A stretch of DNA of 47,235 bases from Chthoniobacteraceae bacterium (GTDB lineage Bacteria > Verrucomicrobiota > Verrucomicrobiia > Chthoniobacterales > Chthoniobacteraceae), in assembly GCA_037190965.1 (NCBI GenBank), contig JBBCKI010000025.1, positions 1 to 47,235 on the forward strand. The letters run 5' to 3'. A program made the translations under genes and the position numbers. The notes beneath the pieces are model-generated. The model was not told the DNA's origin. It ran no database searches and saw only the letters and a list, made by a program, of their open reading frames with translations. How positions within the stretch are numbered: the first letter of the stretch is position 1; each line of letters starts with the position of its first letter. Of this stretch, positions 1 through 10,292 are shown in pieces.

Positions 1-23
1 GCAAGGGACAAGCGGACCTCTGG

Positions 24-743
24 TTGATCTTTATGCTCGATTCCGAGCGTCCTATAGCTCTTAGTTGGCATTCCGTTATACACAGGGGGCATGTTGGCGG
101 GATTTCCCGCCTCATGTCCCCATTCTTTGATGGAGAGCCCCAGAGAGCCGGTTGCGAAGCCGTCTTTTTTCCGGATCCTGCGGATTTTTTCCACGCAAGC
201 AGGATTCGTCGATCCGACTTCATCCTCTTGGATATGACTCCAGATGGGACTACCGATCCCTTCCAGACGCTCTGCGAAGTGGTTCAGTCGGATTCGATCA
301 CACCGGTGATCTGCCTGAGCGCGGATAGCAACGTCCGCCGGGCGGTGCGCGCGATGAAGCTGGGGGCCTTCGATTATCTCCCCTCCTCCTGCACGTCGCT
401 CGAATTTCGAACCGCTCTCGATGAGGCGTTTGAGTTTCACCAAAGGAACCGGCAACAAACGGCACACCGTCTCGACATTCTCTCCCGCTATGAGCAGCTT
501 ACTGCCCGCGAGAAGCAGGTTTTTGCGCTGACGGTTTCGGGGCTCCCCAACAAAGAAATTGCCGAAACCCTTGGCCTTGCTCTCCAGACGGTAAAGATCC
601 ACCGGGGAAGGGTCATGGCAAAGATGGCGACCACCTCCGCGCTGGAGCTATTCCAATCCGCACAAATTCTCGGCCACCTCCCCCCGTCGTCCAAGTTTTC
701 GAATTCCTCAAGAGATCAATTATTAGAAAATATAATAACATAA
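24..743 (+). CDS. FixJ/NarL-family response regulator (degenerate REC + LuxR HTH); start uncertain
   Basis: REC-like ILLDM..PVICLSA..AVRAMKLGAFDYL; C-terminal LTAREKQV..GLPNKEIA..LGLALQTVKIHRGRVMAKM. Confidence 0.8.
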   Translation: MIFMLDSERPIALSWHSVIHRGHVGGISRLMSPFFDGEPQRAGCEAVFFPDPADFFHASRIRRSDFILLDMTPDGTTDPFQTLCEVVQSDSITPVICLSADSNVRRAVRAMKLGAFDYLPSSCTSLEFRTALDEAFEFHQRNRQQTAHRLDILSRYEQLTAREKQVFALTVSGLPNKEIAETLGLALQTVKIHRGRVMAKMATTSALELFQSAQILGHLPPSSKFSNSSRDQLLENIIT

Positions 744-1093
744 TAATCTCATTAGCACCAAGGCTGTATATACAAAGCAAAGGCAAGCTGCCAAAATTCA
801 GCTACGTAATTTTACGGCGTGTCAGGGAACGGGGTAAACCCGAAGACCGATCATCGACCGGGTGGAATTGCGCAAAATCCCTGGAACAGAATCGGTGACG
901 CAAAAGACAATCCCTTCAGTGGGTTGCCTTTTGCGGAGCCATTACCGTCCGGAAATTTGCGCCGGACCGCAACGGCGACCGGCCTTCAGGTTGAGCCGCA
1001 CATCGTAATCCGCGTTTGAGGATTCATTCACTCGTGCACCTTAAAGAGAGAAAGGCCTCTCGGGGACGCGTCGGGATGGGTCTTTCCAAACTG

Positions 1094-3538
1094 ATGCAGG
1101 AAACTCCATTCACATTTTCAACTTCTTCGGCGAGAAATCACCCGCCTGGGAGACTGCGCACAGAGATCACCCCGCCGAGAAGATCAGCTTCCGTTGGATT
1201 TTTGGTCCCCGTCCTTGCGTTCATCGTTCTCGCTTACCTCTCCTCTGCCAACGCTTCTTTCCACACGCAGATTATCGTTTCGCTCGGTTTGCTGGCCCTG
1301 CTGTTCTTGGCCCGGCTTTTCCGCGAAAGCCAGTTCGCCCGGGTGGTTTTTCTCTCCGTCTCAACGTTCGTGATTCTCCGGTATCTCTTCTGGAGAACGC
1401 TTTACACCGTCGAATTCACGGATTGGGTCAGCTTCACCTGCGCCATCATCCTCTTCCTGGCGGAGTTTTACGGCATCCTGGTCGCGCTGATCGGGAATTT
1501 CGTCAATCTCTCACCCCTGGAACGCACTCCGGTCCCCCTGCCGCCCGCCGACGTGCTGCCGACGGTGGATGTCATGGTTCCCTCTTACAATGAAGGCATT
1601 GACCTGATTGAGACCACCCTGATGGGGGCGATTCAGATTCAATACCCGGAAGGGAAAAAGAAGGTCTATCTCCTCGACGACGGCGGGACGGACCAGAAAT
1701 GCCAGAAGGGCACCGAGGCCTCCACACGCGCCGCGCGGGAACGGCGCGCGAACCTACAGCAACTCTGCGCGGAGCTTGGCGTCGGGTACCTCACGCGCCC
1801 CCAAAACCGCTTTGCCAAGGCCGGGAACATCAACGAGGCGATCCAGAAAACAAGCGGGGAACTGATCGTCATTCTCGACGCCGACCACGTTCCGACTACA
1901 GACTTCCTGGAGAAAACGGTCGGCTTCTTCCTCGAGGATCCAAAACTCTTCCTCGTTCAAACTCCGCATTTTTTCATTAATCCCGACCCAATCGAGCGCA
2001 ATCTCGACACCTTCCAGAGGATGCCAGGCGAGAACGAAATGTTCTACCGGGAGATCCAGCGCGGTCTCGACTTCTGGAACTCCGCTTTCTTCTGCGGCTC
2101 CGGGGCCGTGCTGCGGCGGCGCATCGTCCAGAGTATCGGCGGCATTGCGACCGATACCGTGACCGAGGACGCGGAGACCGCCCTTGTCCTGCATGCCAAA
2201 GGGTATCACAGCGCCTATCTTGCCAGCCCGCCGCTGTTGTCCGGGCTGGCCGCCGAAACCATGAGCGGCTTCATTCGCCAACGCTCCCGCTGGGCGCAGG
2301 GGATGATCCAGATCTTCCTGTTGAAGTGCCCCCTCTTCCTGCCCGGTCTCTCGTTTTCGCAACGGCTTTGCTATTTCAATAGCTGTTTCTTCTGGGCCTT
2401 CCCATTTGCCCGGCTGGTCTACATGCTGGCGCCCGCGGCGTTCCTGGTTTTCGGGCTGCGAATCTACGCTTCCAACGTGGAGACCTTCTGCGCCTACGCG
2501 ATTCCGTATCTCCTGACCATGATGGCGACGACGCACTTCCTCTTTGGAAAGGCGCGATGGTCGTTTGTCTCCGAGCTTTATGAGCTCATCCAATCGATCC
2601 ACACCATCCCGGCGATTATCTCGACGGTTTTCAAGCCCCGCTCGCCCAGCTTTCTGGTGACCCCGAAGCAGGAGACGCTCAACGAAGACTTCATCTCTCC
2701 GATTGCGGTCCCTTTCTACCTTCTGGCGATCGTCAACTTCGTCTCCATCGGGGTTGGCCTCTACCAGTTCGCCCAAGGCTCGGGCCACATTTATCCGCTG
2801 ACCATCACGCTCCTCTGGAGTCTCTTCAATACCATCATCCTCATGGCTGCGATGGGCGCGCTGTTCGAACGCCGCCAATTGCGGGCCACGCCAAGAACCA
2901 GTGTGGACATCGGCGCAGAAATGATCGTGCAAGGGCAGGCACTCCCTTGCCGGATCGAAAATCTTTCCCTGGGAGGCTGCCGCCTGTTTTTCCCCTGGGG
3001 CAGCGAGGCCGCGTTGGAAAACCGCTCGGAAGGGATCCTTCGCGTCCTGCTTTCCGGAGAGCAACCCCCCGCCGATTTCAACACCCTGTTCCGCAACTTC
3101 CGTGATGAAGCCAGCTCAGGCTTTACACTTGGCGTCAGCTTCGCCCACCGGGACCTCGAAGAGCGCAAAGCAAAGGTGCGGTTTGTGACAGGGGACAGCG
3201 AACGCTGGGCCGACTTCCAAAAGAGCCGCCAGTCGCAACTGGGGATTCTCAGCGCCTTCTTCACCCTGATCAGCATTGGGTTTGCACGCTTCGTTCCCCA
3301 TCTTTCCCAGATTGGCGACGATCTCTTCGGGAGCGGCAAAAAGAGCCCGCCTCCCTCACCGAAACGCCCCGCAACCCAAACGGCCCAGGCCCGGCTCCAG
3401 ACGGCTGCGGCTTCCCCTGCCAAAAACGGCAACGGGAACGGCCACCATGAACCTGCGAGCCACGCCGCCCCGGAGTCCACCTTTGAAACGGGCGGCCCCC
3501 TCCCTCAATCAAAAGCCCCGGAGGAAATTGCGCGATGA
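1094..3538 (+). CDS. bcsA: Cellulose synthase catalytic subunit (GT2 + PilZ); alternative starts at 1016/1076
   Basis: LLDDGG, AKAGN, DADH, QTPH, FFCGS, TED and QRSRW motifs; multiple TM helices; PilZ RATPR and NLSLGG. Confidence 0.95.
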   Translation: MQETPFTFSTSSARNHPPGRLRTEITPPRRSASVGFLVPVLAFIVLAYLSSANASFHTQIIVSLGLLALLFLARLFRESQFARVVFLSVSTFVILRYLFWRTLYTVEFTDWVSFTCAIILFLAEFYGILVALIGNFVNLSPLERTPVPLPPADVLPTVDVMVPSYNEGIDLIETTLMGAIQIQYPEGKKKVYLLDDGGTDQKCQKGTEASTRAARERRANLQQLCAELGVGYLTRPQNRFAKAGNINEAIQKTSGELIVILDADHVPTTDFLEKTVGFFLEDPKLFLVQTPHFFINPDPIERNLDTFQRMPGENEMFYREIQRGLDFWNSAFFCGSGAVLRRRIVQSIGGIATDTVTEDAETALVLHAKGYHSAYLASPPLLSGLAAETMSGFIRQRSRWAQGMIQIFLLKCPLFLPGLSFSQRLCYFNSCFFWAFPFARLVYMLAPAAFLVFGLRIYASNVETFCAYAIPYLLTMMATTHFLFGKARWSFVSELYELIQSIHTIPAIISTVFKPRSPSFLVTPKQETLNEDFISPIAVPFYLLAIVNFVSIGVGLYQFAQGSGHIYPLTITLLWSLFNTIILMAAMGALFERRQLRATPRTSVDIGAEMIVQGQALPCRIENLSLGGCRLFFPWGSEAALENRSEGILRVLLSGEQPPADFNTLFRNFRDEASSGFTLGVSFAHRDLEERKAKVRFVTGDSERWADFQKSRQSQLGILSAFFTLISIGFARFVPHLSQIGDDLFGSGKKSPPPSPKRPATQTAQARLQTAAASPAKNGNGNGHHEPASHAAPESTFETGGPLPQSKAPEEIAR

Positions 3539-5547
3539 CCCGGGCTCCGTTTTTTGCCAATTTCCTGATCGGGTGCTTTGCGGCAAGCCGGCTCGCGGCG
3601 GGCCCGGCTCATGCTCAAGAGGATCGGCAAACCTACGAGACCTTCGCTCCTACCCCGGAGCGCCGACCCTTTGCAGCCGCTCAGGCCGCGCGGCTCAACG
3701 CGTCCCCCGCACCCGCCGGCCTCACCATCGCGCCGAGCGCTCCCGCCTCTCACCAACCCCCTGGCCAATACTCCGGGCGCTCTGGGGTTCTGCGTCCCGA
3801 CAGCCAACTCCTGCACGAGAGCCGTCCGGCGCTGGATGAAGTCTTCAAAATCCTCGCCACCCGGCAACGGGGCCTCAGTTTGAATGTCTGGTTCCCCGGT
3901 GTCCCCGCCCTTGGGAATGAGGAAGTGGCGCAGGGAGCCGCCGTGGCTCAGGGCGTGGCGTTGCGCACCGGCTACGTCCCCGTCTCCGTTTCCTGCGTGC
4001 CAGGGGTTGTCCCCGGCAGGTTCAATGTCGCCGTCGGAACGGTCAACCAGCTCCAGGGAATGCTCACCGGGGAGGAATTGAAGGCCATTTCCAACGGCTA
4101 TCTTTTACTGCGGAAGATTCCCAACCGCGCCGACACTCATCTCCTCATCATCACCGGAAGAACGCCCGAGGGAGTCGACAACGCCATTCTTTCGCTCGGG
4201 ATCGCCCGCGAAAGGCTACCAGGGGTCGCCACCGCCGCGATTCACAATGTCGTTCTCCCCAAAGCCCCACCGTTCCTTCGGAGAGAACCGCTCCGCGCGG
4301 ATTCCGTTTACACCTTGCAGCAATTGCAGGACACGGGAACCGTCCTGACGCCGATGGCCAACCGCCGATTGCGCGTCGAACTGATGCTGCCGGGAGACTT
4401 CTCCCCAAAATCTGAAGGCGACTTCGTGCTCGACCTCCATTTCTCGCAACAGTCCCGAGCTTTCCAGTCCTCGGACCGGGTATCGGTCAGGGTCAACGAC
4501 CTCTCGAGCGACATCGCCAGCGGCGACGCCACGCCGATCGTCGCAGGCAGCGGCGCAGGAGGCGCCCGGGCATCGGTCGGGATCCCGGCGCGACTTTTCC
4601 GGCAGGGATTCAACATCGTCGATATCGACTTCCCGGGCTCTTCGTCGGACGGCTTCCTGGTCTATCCGGACTCCACGCTTTCCGTCCCGCCCTGTGCCGT
4701 GGCTCCTCCGCTGCCGAATCTCCAGATTACCGCGCGGACGGCCTACCCGTTCGTCGGCCAGCCGGACGGCTCGGAACTGATGGTGTATCTGGCGGGCCAG
4801 GATATCGAGACCGTCGAGAGCGCCTGGACGTTCCTCGCGAAGCTCGCCCAGATGTCGAACACGCTGCTCCATGCGGCGGAGTTCAATTCAGCGACGGAAG
4901 ACAATCCGAGCCCCCGTCCCACATCCAGGCACGTCATTGCCGTCGGCGACTTTGCGAGCGTCCCCGAAGAATTCCGCAGGGGGATGCCCGCCGACATTTT
5001 CCGCGAGATCAAGGAAGTTCCTCAGGAAGAGCCGACCGCGCGCGGTTCCAATCTCAAGGAAGCGATCATGCGTTCCCGCAAATCGGCGGCCAACGCCCTG
5101 TTCGAGCCGGTCGCGATTTCCCCCGTGCCCGTCCACCCCAACCCCACCCAGCCGGAGTGGAACCGGAATGAACGCGGGTATCTCGGCAGCTTCCCTCCCG
5201 AGGAAAATCTCCACGGCTGGGTTCTCCTTCTTACCGCCCAAACGGGGCCTCTTTTGCGGCAAAGAACCGAAGAACTGATCCACCCTTCCTTTTGGGAAGG
5301 GATCAGAGGAGGAGGCGTTTACTGGAACCACGCCCCCGAAAGTTTCAAGGTCTACACCGAAACGCCGCGTCCCACAGCCGCCGTAAACACCTCCAACCCA
5401 GATCTTTTCGTCGAAATGCCACTGGGCGAACGATACAGCACGCGAGCCTGGATGATCGCTACGGGCATCACCCTGCTGATCCTCGTCGTTTCCCTGACAA
5501 AAAGTCTTCAGAAAAATACAACTTTGAGGGATTATCTGCAGTCCTGA
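3535..5547 (+). CDS. bcsB: Divergent BcsB-like periplasmic co-polymerase subunit
   Basis: ATGA overlap with bcsA, signal peptide, C-terminal TM anchor, LLIITGRT and LPNL..TAYPF segments resembling BcsB. Confidence 0.65.
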   Translation: MTRAPFFANFLIGCFAASRLAAGPAHAQEDRQTYETFAPTPERRPFAAAQAARLNASPAPAGLTIAPSAPASHQPPGQYSGRSGVLRPDSQLLHESRPALDEVFKILATRQRGLSLNVWFPGVPALGNEEVAQGAAVAQGVALRTGYVPVSVSCVPGVVPGRFNVAVGTVNQLQGMLTGEELKAISNGYLLLRKIPNRADTHLLIITGRTPEGVDNAILSLGIARERLPGVATAAIHNVVLPKAPPFLRREPLRADSVYTLQQLQDTGTVLTPMANRRLRVELMLPGDFSPKSEGDFVLDLHFSQQSRAFQSSDRVSVRVNDLSSDIASGDATPIVAGSGAGGARASVGIPARLFRQGFNIVDIDFPGSSSDGFLVYPDSTLSVPPCAVAPPLPNLQITARTAYPFVGQPDGSELMVYLAGQDIETVESAWTFLAKLAQMSNTLLHAAEFNSATEDNPSPRPTSRHVIAVGDFASVPEEFRRGMPADIFREIKEVPQEEPTARGSNLKEAIMRSRKSAANALFEPVAISPVPVHPNPTQPEWNRNERGYLGSFPPEENLHGWVLLLTAQTGPLLRQRTEELIHPSFWEGIRGGGVYWNHAPESFKVYTETPRPTAAVNTSNPDLFVEMPLGERYSTRAWMIATGITLLILVVSLTKSLQKNTTLRDYLQS

Positions 5548-5560
5548 ACCAGACCTGCGC

Positions 5561-8080
5561 GTGAACCTTTCATCCGACAGCGACTCTTTCGATGAATATC
5601 TGCCTCATCAGGCGGGCATTCAGCCGCACGTCCTGCGCAGGTTGAGGCTCAGGCTTTCCTGCATCATCGGGGTGAGTCTCGCCGGGCCGGGCGCGGTCGC
5701 CCAGGCGCCGATGGTGTTCGATAATCAACTCGCCAGCGTCTCGGTCTCGAATAGTTCGGCCTATGCGGAAACCGCCGCGGAGCCTCCCCGAAATTCCACA
5801 GCCTCGGACGGACGCCCTTCCTTTCTGCCCGCGCCCGCTCCAAGGGAAGCAACCGCCAGAAGGACCAACTCCTCCTACGGGTACGCGGAGCAACCTGACC
5901 GGCAGGCCGCTCCGGAGACGATGATCACCCAGGTCGAGATCCCCGTCCCGCCTCCCACCGCCGAGCCGCTCACCTTTCCGGACAACACCCCGAGCAGCAG
6001 CTATAGCGACAACGCCTATTACGATCAGAGTCAGAGCCGCCCGCAGTCCGAGTACCGCCAGGCCGCCACCCCGGCTCCTGCCGTCGCCCCTGCCGCCCGG
6101 ATGCGGGCCGCGCCCCGGACGGTGGAAAACCGCTATGGAGAAGTGATTCCGATTCAGGAGATCACCTCCGCTTCCACGATCACCAGCGCCCCCACGGCCT
6201 CTACGCCAATTCCGGAGGAGGCGGTTTCTCCGACCATCATTTACGACAAGGGGCAGCAGGCGATCCCGCAGCCACCCACGCCGGAAGCCCCCCCTCCCCC
6301 GCCGAATTTCGGCTTGCTGATCAAGCAGAAGCGGTATGCGGAGGTCGAAGCCGCCGCGCTGGAAAATTCGGACAGCAAACTCGCCTCGGCCCTCGGCTGG
6401 GCACGCTATCGCGACGGACAGAACAACCTCGCCTATCACTGGTTCGAGCGGGCGATCCAATGGAACGACGGCAATCACGAGGCTTCCTACGGCATGGCGC
6501 TCACCCTCTACAGGATGGGGCGTTACGACCAGGCCGAGGAGATCGCCCGCTGGCGCGCGGCCCAGTACCCGAAGATGAACAAGGTGCTGGGGGACATCAC
6601 GGCCCGCAGGGCTGTCTCCAGTTTCCAGTCCAAACAATACCGTGAAAGCCGCGAAACGCTGGCCTCCATCAAGCGCCACCGGACGCTCTCACGCGAGGAA
6701 CAGATCATGTTTGCGTGGAGCGACTTCAACCTCGGCAACCTGGCGGCAGCACGCGCGGAGTTCGTGCGGCTCTACCGCGAAAAGCCCGACCGCTTCGCCG
6801 CCGATGGTGTTTACACCGTCTACGCCAAGGATCGGGACTGGTCCGGCCTTGAAGACCTGGTCCGCAAGCATCGGGGGCCGCTGGAAGCGCTCTACCAACA
6901 GTATGTGAGCCAGAAGTACTACGACTACGGGCTCTACAGGGAGGCTTACACGCAGGACCCGTGCGCGCGTCCTGAACTTCAGAACATTTCCAGTTCGGCC
7001 GCCGCCGTCCAGGTGATCGGGCGAACACGCTCGGGCACGGAGGGCACCTCCCAGCTTTCCGAGTACGGTGCACGCGCGACGGGCACCTTTTACGTCAAGG
7101 ATGTCAATCGTTTCGACGTGACGGTGGGGGTCTCCAATCTCGACAGCGGTCATCTCGACCGTAACACCGCAATCGGCCAGGTGCCAAAAGACGGCGATAA
7201 GCGGAACTTCAAATTCGCGCCCAAGACGCAGTACGACGGCTTGATCGACGCCCGTGTCCGCTGGGAACACGAGGGGCTTCTGACGCCGGTGGTCGAAGTC
7301 GGGATCACTCCCGTCAACGGAGCGATCGATCCCACCTTCGTCGGCGCGGCGGGGCTCAAGAGAGTTTACGATACCGGCAACTGGACGGCGGAAGTCTATC
7401 GCGATCCTGTGAAGGACTCGCTCCTGAGTTACACCGGCCTGCGCGATCCTTTCACCGGCAGGCGATGGGGCCGCGTCACCGAAACGGGAGGCCGCTTCTC
7501 CTTTTACAAACAGACCGAAAACGACTTTGGATTCTACGGCGCTGCCAGCGCGGGCGTCATTGCCGGGCATAACGTCCCGAACAACTCGCACGCCGCGTTG
7601 ACGCTTGCCGCCAGCAAGGATCTTCGCATGAAGGGGTTCGACTACTTTGCCGTCGGCCCGTCGCTCTCGCTGGCATTCTACGACAAGAACCTTTCGCAGT
7701 TCACCTTCGGGCAAGGCGGCTACTTCAGCCCTTCGCATCTGATTCAGGGTGTCATCGGCGCACGATTCCTGACCCATCAGGGAGGAAGCTCTCTGGTGAG
7801 GGGCAACGCCGGGCTGGGAATTCAGACCAACAAACAGGATGGAACCCCTTTCTTCCCCAACAAACCGGATGGTCGCTGGCACGGCTCGACCAGCAGCTCG
7901 GGCGCGGCGATCAATCTCGACGTCGAGGGGCTCTATATGTTGAGCGATCAGTGGGTCATCGGCGGTCAGCTCGCCCTCAACGTCGCTCCGGACTACAACG
8001 ACTTCAGCGTCAGGCTTTCGCTTCAATACTTCTTTGAGCGTCGCGGGGGGCTTTTCGTCCAGGATTTCCTGACCTTCTAG
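5561..8080 (+). CDS. bcsC: BcsC-like export protein (Pro-rich linker, TPRs, C-terminal outer-membrane barrel)
   Basis: TPR-like ALGWARY..; PVKDSLLSYTGLRDPFTGRRWGRV and FTFGQGGYFSP are characteristic of the BcsC C-terminus. Confidence 0.8.
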   Translation: MNLSSDSDSFDEYLPHQAGIQPHVLRRLRLRLSCIIGVSLAGPGAVAQAPMVFDNQLASVSVSNSSAYAETAAEPPRNSTASDGRPSFLPAPAPREATARRTNSSYGYAEQPDRQAAPETMITQVEIPVPPPTAEPLTFPDNTPSSSYSDNAYYDQSQSRPQSEYRQAATPAPAVAPAARMRAAPRTVENRYGEVIPIQEITSASTITSAPTASTPIPEEAVSPTIIYDKGQQAIPQPPTPEAPPPPPNFGLLIKQKRYAEVEAAALENSDSKLASALGWARYRDGQNNLAYHWFERAIQWNDGNHEASYGMALTLYRMGRYDQAEEIARWRAAQYPKMNKVLGDITARRAVSSFQSKQYRESRETLASIKRHRTLSREEQIMFAWSDFNLGNLAAARAEFVRLYREKPDRFAADGVYTVYAKDRDWSGLEDLVRKHRGPLEALYQQYVSQKYYDYGLYREAYTQDPCARPELQNISSSAAAVQVIGRTRSGTEGTSQLSEYGARATGTFYVKDVNRFDVTVGVSNLDSGHLDRNTAIGQVPKDGDKRNFKFAPKTQYDGLIDARVRWEHEGLLTPVVEVGITPVNGAIDPTFVGAAGLKRVYDTGNWTAEVYRDPVKDSLLSYTGLRDPFTGRRWGRVTETGGRFSFYKQTENDFGFYGAASAGVIAGHNVPNNSHAALTLAASKDLRMKGFDYFAVGPSLSLAFYDKNLSQFTFGQGGYFSPSHLIQGVIGARFLTHQGGSSLVRGNAGLGIQTNKQDGTPFFPNKPDGRWHGSTSSSGAAINLDVEGLYMLSDQWVIGGQLALNVAPDYNDFSVRLSLQYFFERRGGLFVQDFLTF

Positions 8081-8090
8081 GAAGAACTCA

Positions 8091-10292
8091 ATGCCGCTCG
8101 AAGATAGCACCAGAAAAGCGACCATCCTGGTCGTCGATGACGAACACGAACTCCGCAAACTCCTGGTCAAGCTGCTGGAGACAGAAGGGTTCAACGTCAT
8201 CCCCGCCGCCCAGGCCACCGACGCCCTGGAAATTCTGCAACGAAGCGTCGCGCACGTGAAACCGGATGGCGACGCCATCGACCTCGCGCTCCTCGATGTC
8301 GCCCTGCCGGACATGAACGGCATGACGCTTTTTTCGAAGATGCAGCAGGACGAACGCCTGCGCCAGATCCCGGTCATCTTCCTGACGGGCGACTCCGAGT
8401 ACCAGCAGAAGGCGCGCGCCTTCGAGGCTGGGGCGGTCGATTACATCACCAAACCGTTTCAGAAAAAGGATCTCACCCTTCGCATCCGGGCGCATGTGCG
8501 GGAGCGGTGGCACCGGGAGAGCGAACAGCGCAAGGCCGCCGGAATTGCCTCGCGCGTGCAGATGTCGCTTAACGAAGCGGAACAGCGCTTCTCGGCGGTG
8601 GTACGGAATTCGTTCCATCTCGTCTGCGAACTCGACCCGGAACTGAACATCGTTTACGCCAGCCCGAACCATTCCGAGATCCTCTCGCAGGAGCCGGGGC
8701 ATTTGACGGGGGCTTGCTGGCCCGCGTTTGTTCACCCCAACGAACGCGACGAGGTGATCCGGAGCCTGATGGACATCCTTGGCTCCAGTTCCGAAAAGCG
8801 GATTCTCATCCAGTTCCACGACGGGGCCAATCACTGGCGCTGGCTCGACGTGTGCGCCAGCGTGCTGAAAACCGGCACGGGCGAACCGCACCTTCTGCTG
8901 GTCTCCCGCGACATCACGCACGCCAAGGAGACGGAGCGTTATCTCCAGCATCTCGCCCTCCACGATTCGCTGACGGGGCTGGCCAATCGCCAGCGGTTCA
9001 CCAACGAACTGGAAGCCGTCTTCTCCGCCAACCCGGGAGGAGCGCCTTATGGCGTCATTTATATCGACGTCGACAACTTCAAGCTGATCAACGACCGGCA
9101 CGGGCATTTCATCGGCGATCAGGTCCTCCGCGCCGTGGGCGAATTCCTCAAGCGGGCGTTCGGCAATGACGCCCTCGTGGTTTCCCGCTTCGGCGGCGAC
9201 GAATTTTGCATCATCGTCCGTGCCAAGGATTACGAGAGCGCCAATGCCATCGGGGAGCGGACCTGCGAGTTGATTTCGCGCAATCCGATCCTTTCCTCGG
9301 GCGTTCGCCACCGGATTACCCTTTCCATCGGCATTGCCTTGATGGAGGCGAGCCTCAGCATCAAGGAAGTTCTCTCCCGCGCCAATACGGCGTTGCACGT
9401 CGCCAAATCCAGCGGCAAAAACCGCTGCTGCGTTTACCGCTCGGACAGCAGCGAACTGCTTCACATCCGGAGATCGGCGGAGTGGTTCCAGCGGCTGCAT
9501 GACGGGCTCGAGGAAAGCCGCTTCGAGGCGTGGTACCAGCCGTTGATCAACCTGAAGACCGGCGCGCCCGCACATCACGAGGCGCTCATTCGCTTTCGGG
9601 ATGAAGACGGGCATGTCCACAGCCCGGCGGCCTTCCTGACCGCCGCGGAACGTTACAGCCTGATGCCACAGTTGGATCGCTACATGATCCGGCGCATCTT
9701 TGCGGACATGGTCAACTTCCCCGAGTTGAACGTCTCCATCAATCTTTCCGGAAGTTCCGTCACCGACCCCGGTATTGCGGACTACATCGTGCAATGTTTC
9801 GACGCCAGCGGAGTCGCACCCGACCGGGTAATCTTCGAGATCACCGAGACGGTGTTCATGACCAATCTCGCGCAGGCTCGAACGATCGTGGAGCGGCTCC
9901 AGAAGCTCGGCTGCCGCTTTGCCCTAGACGATTTCGGAGCCGGGTTTTCCTCGCTCAATTACCTGAGGCATCTTCCCGTCAACGTGGTCAAGATCGACGG
10001 CAGCTTCATCCGCGAGATCGATTCGGACACGGTGAGTCTTACCCTCCTCAAATCGATCAACGAGATCGTTCACCTGCTGGGGAAAGAGACAGTGGCTGAA
10101 TGGATCGAGAATGAAGAGACGCTGAGATTACTCAAGGAGATCGGATGCGACTACGGACAGGGCTTCTACTCGGGGAGGCCAGTCCCGCTGAAGGAGTTGA
10201 TCCAGGCCATGAACGAGGAGACGCCCCAGAACGGCAAGGAAAAGCCAGGGACAAAAAAGAAGCCAAATCCAGGTCGTCCCCCGAAAGCGTAA
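8091..10292 (+). CDS. REC-PAS-GGDEF-EAL c-di-GMP signalling protein
   Basis: VVDDE/LLDV/KPF receiver; FVHPNER PAS; HDSLTGLANR, DVDNFKLIND, FGGDEF; HEAL, FEITE, LDDFGAGFSSLNYL, KIDGSF, GQG. Confidence 0.95.
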   Translation: MPLEDSTRKATILVVDDEHELRKLLVKLLETEGFNVIPAAQATDALEILQRSVAHVKPDGDAIDLALLDVALPDMNGMTLFSKMQQDERLRQIPVIFLTGDSEYQQKARAFEAGAVDYITKPFQKKDLTLRIRAHVRERWHRESEQRKAAGIASRVQMSLNEAEQRFSAVVRNSFHLVCELDPELNIVYASPNHSEILSQEPGHLTGACWPAFVHPNERDEVIRSLMDILGSSSEKRILIQFHDGANHWRWLDVCASVLKTGTGEPHLLLVSRDITHAKETERYLQHLALHDSLTGLANRQRFTNELEAVFSANPGGAPYGVIYIDVDNFKLINDRHGHFIGDQVLRAVGEFLKRAFGNDALVVSRFGGDEFCIIVRAKDYESANAIGERTCELISRNPILSSGVRHRITLSIGIALMEASLSIKEVLSRANTALHVAKSSGKNRCCVYRSDSSELLHIRRSAEWFQRLHDGLEESRFEAWYQPLINLKTGAPAHHEALIRFRDEDGHVHSPAAFLTAAERYSLMPQLDRYMIRRIFADMVNFPELNVSINLSGSSVTDPGIADYIVQCFDASGVAPDRVIFEITETVFMTNLAQARTIVERLQKLGCRFALDDFGAGFSSLNYLRHLPVNVVKIDGSFIREIDSDTVSLTLLKSINEIVHLLGKETVAEWIENEETLRLLKEIGCDYGQGFYSGRPVPLKELIQAMNEETPQNGKEKPGTKKKPNPGRPPKA

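Noticed and set aside
6689..9794. Long minus-strand ORFs (562 aa and 568 aa)
   Set aside because: Antisense shadows of bcsC and the GGDEF-EAL gene; expected in GC-rich DNA and carry no motifs
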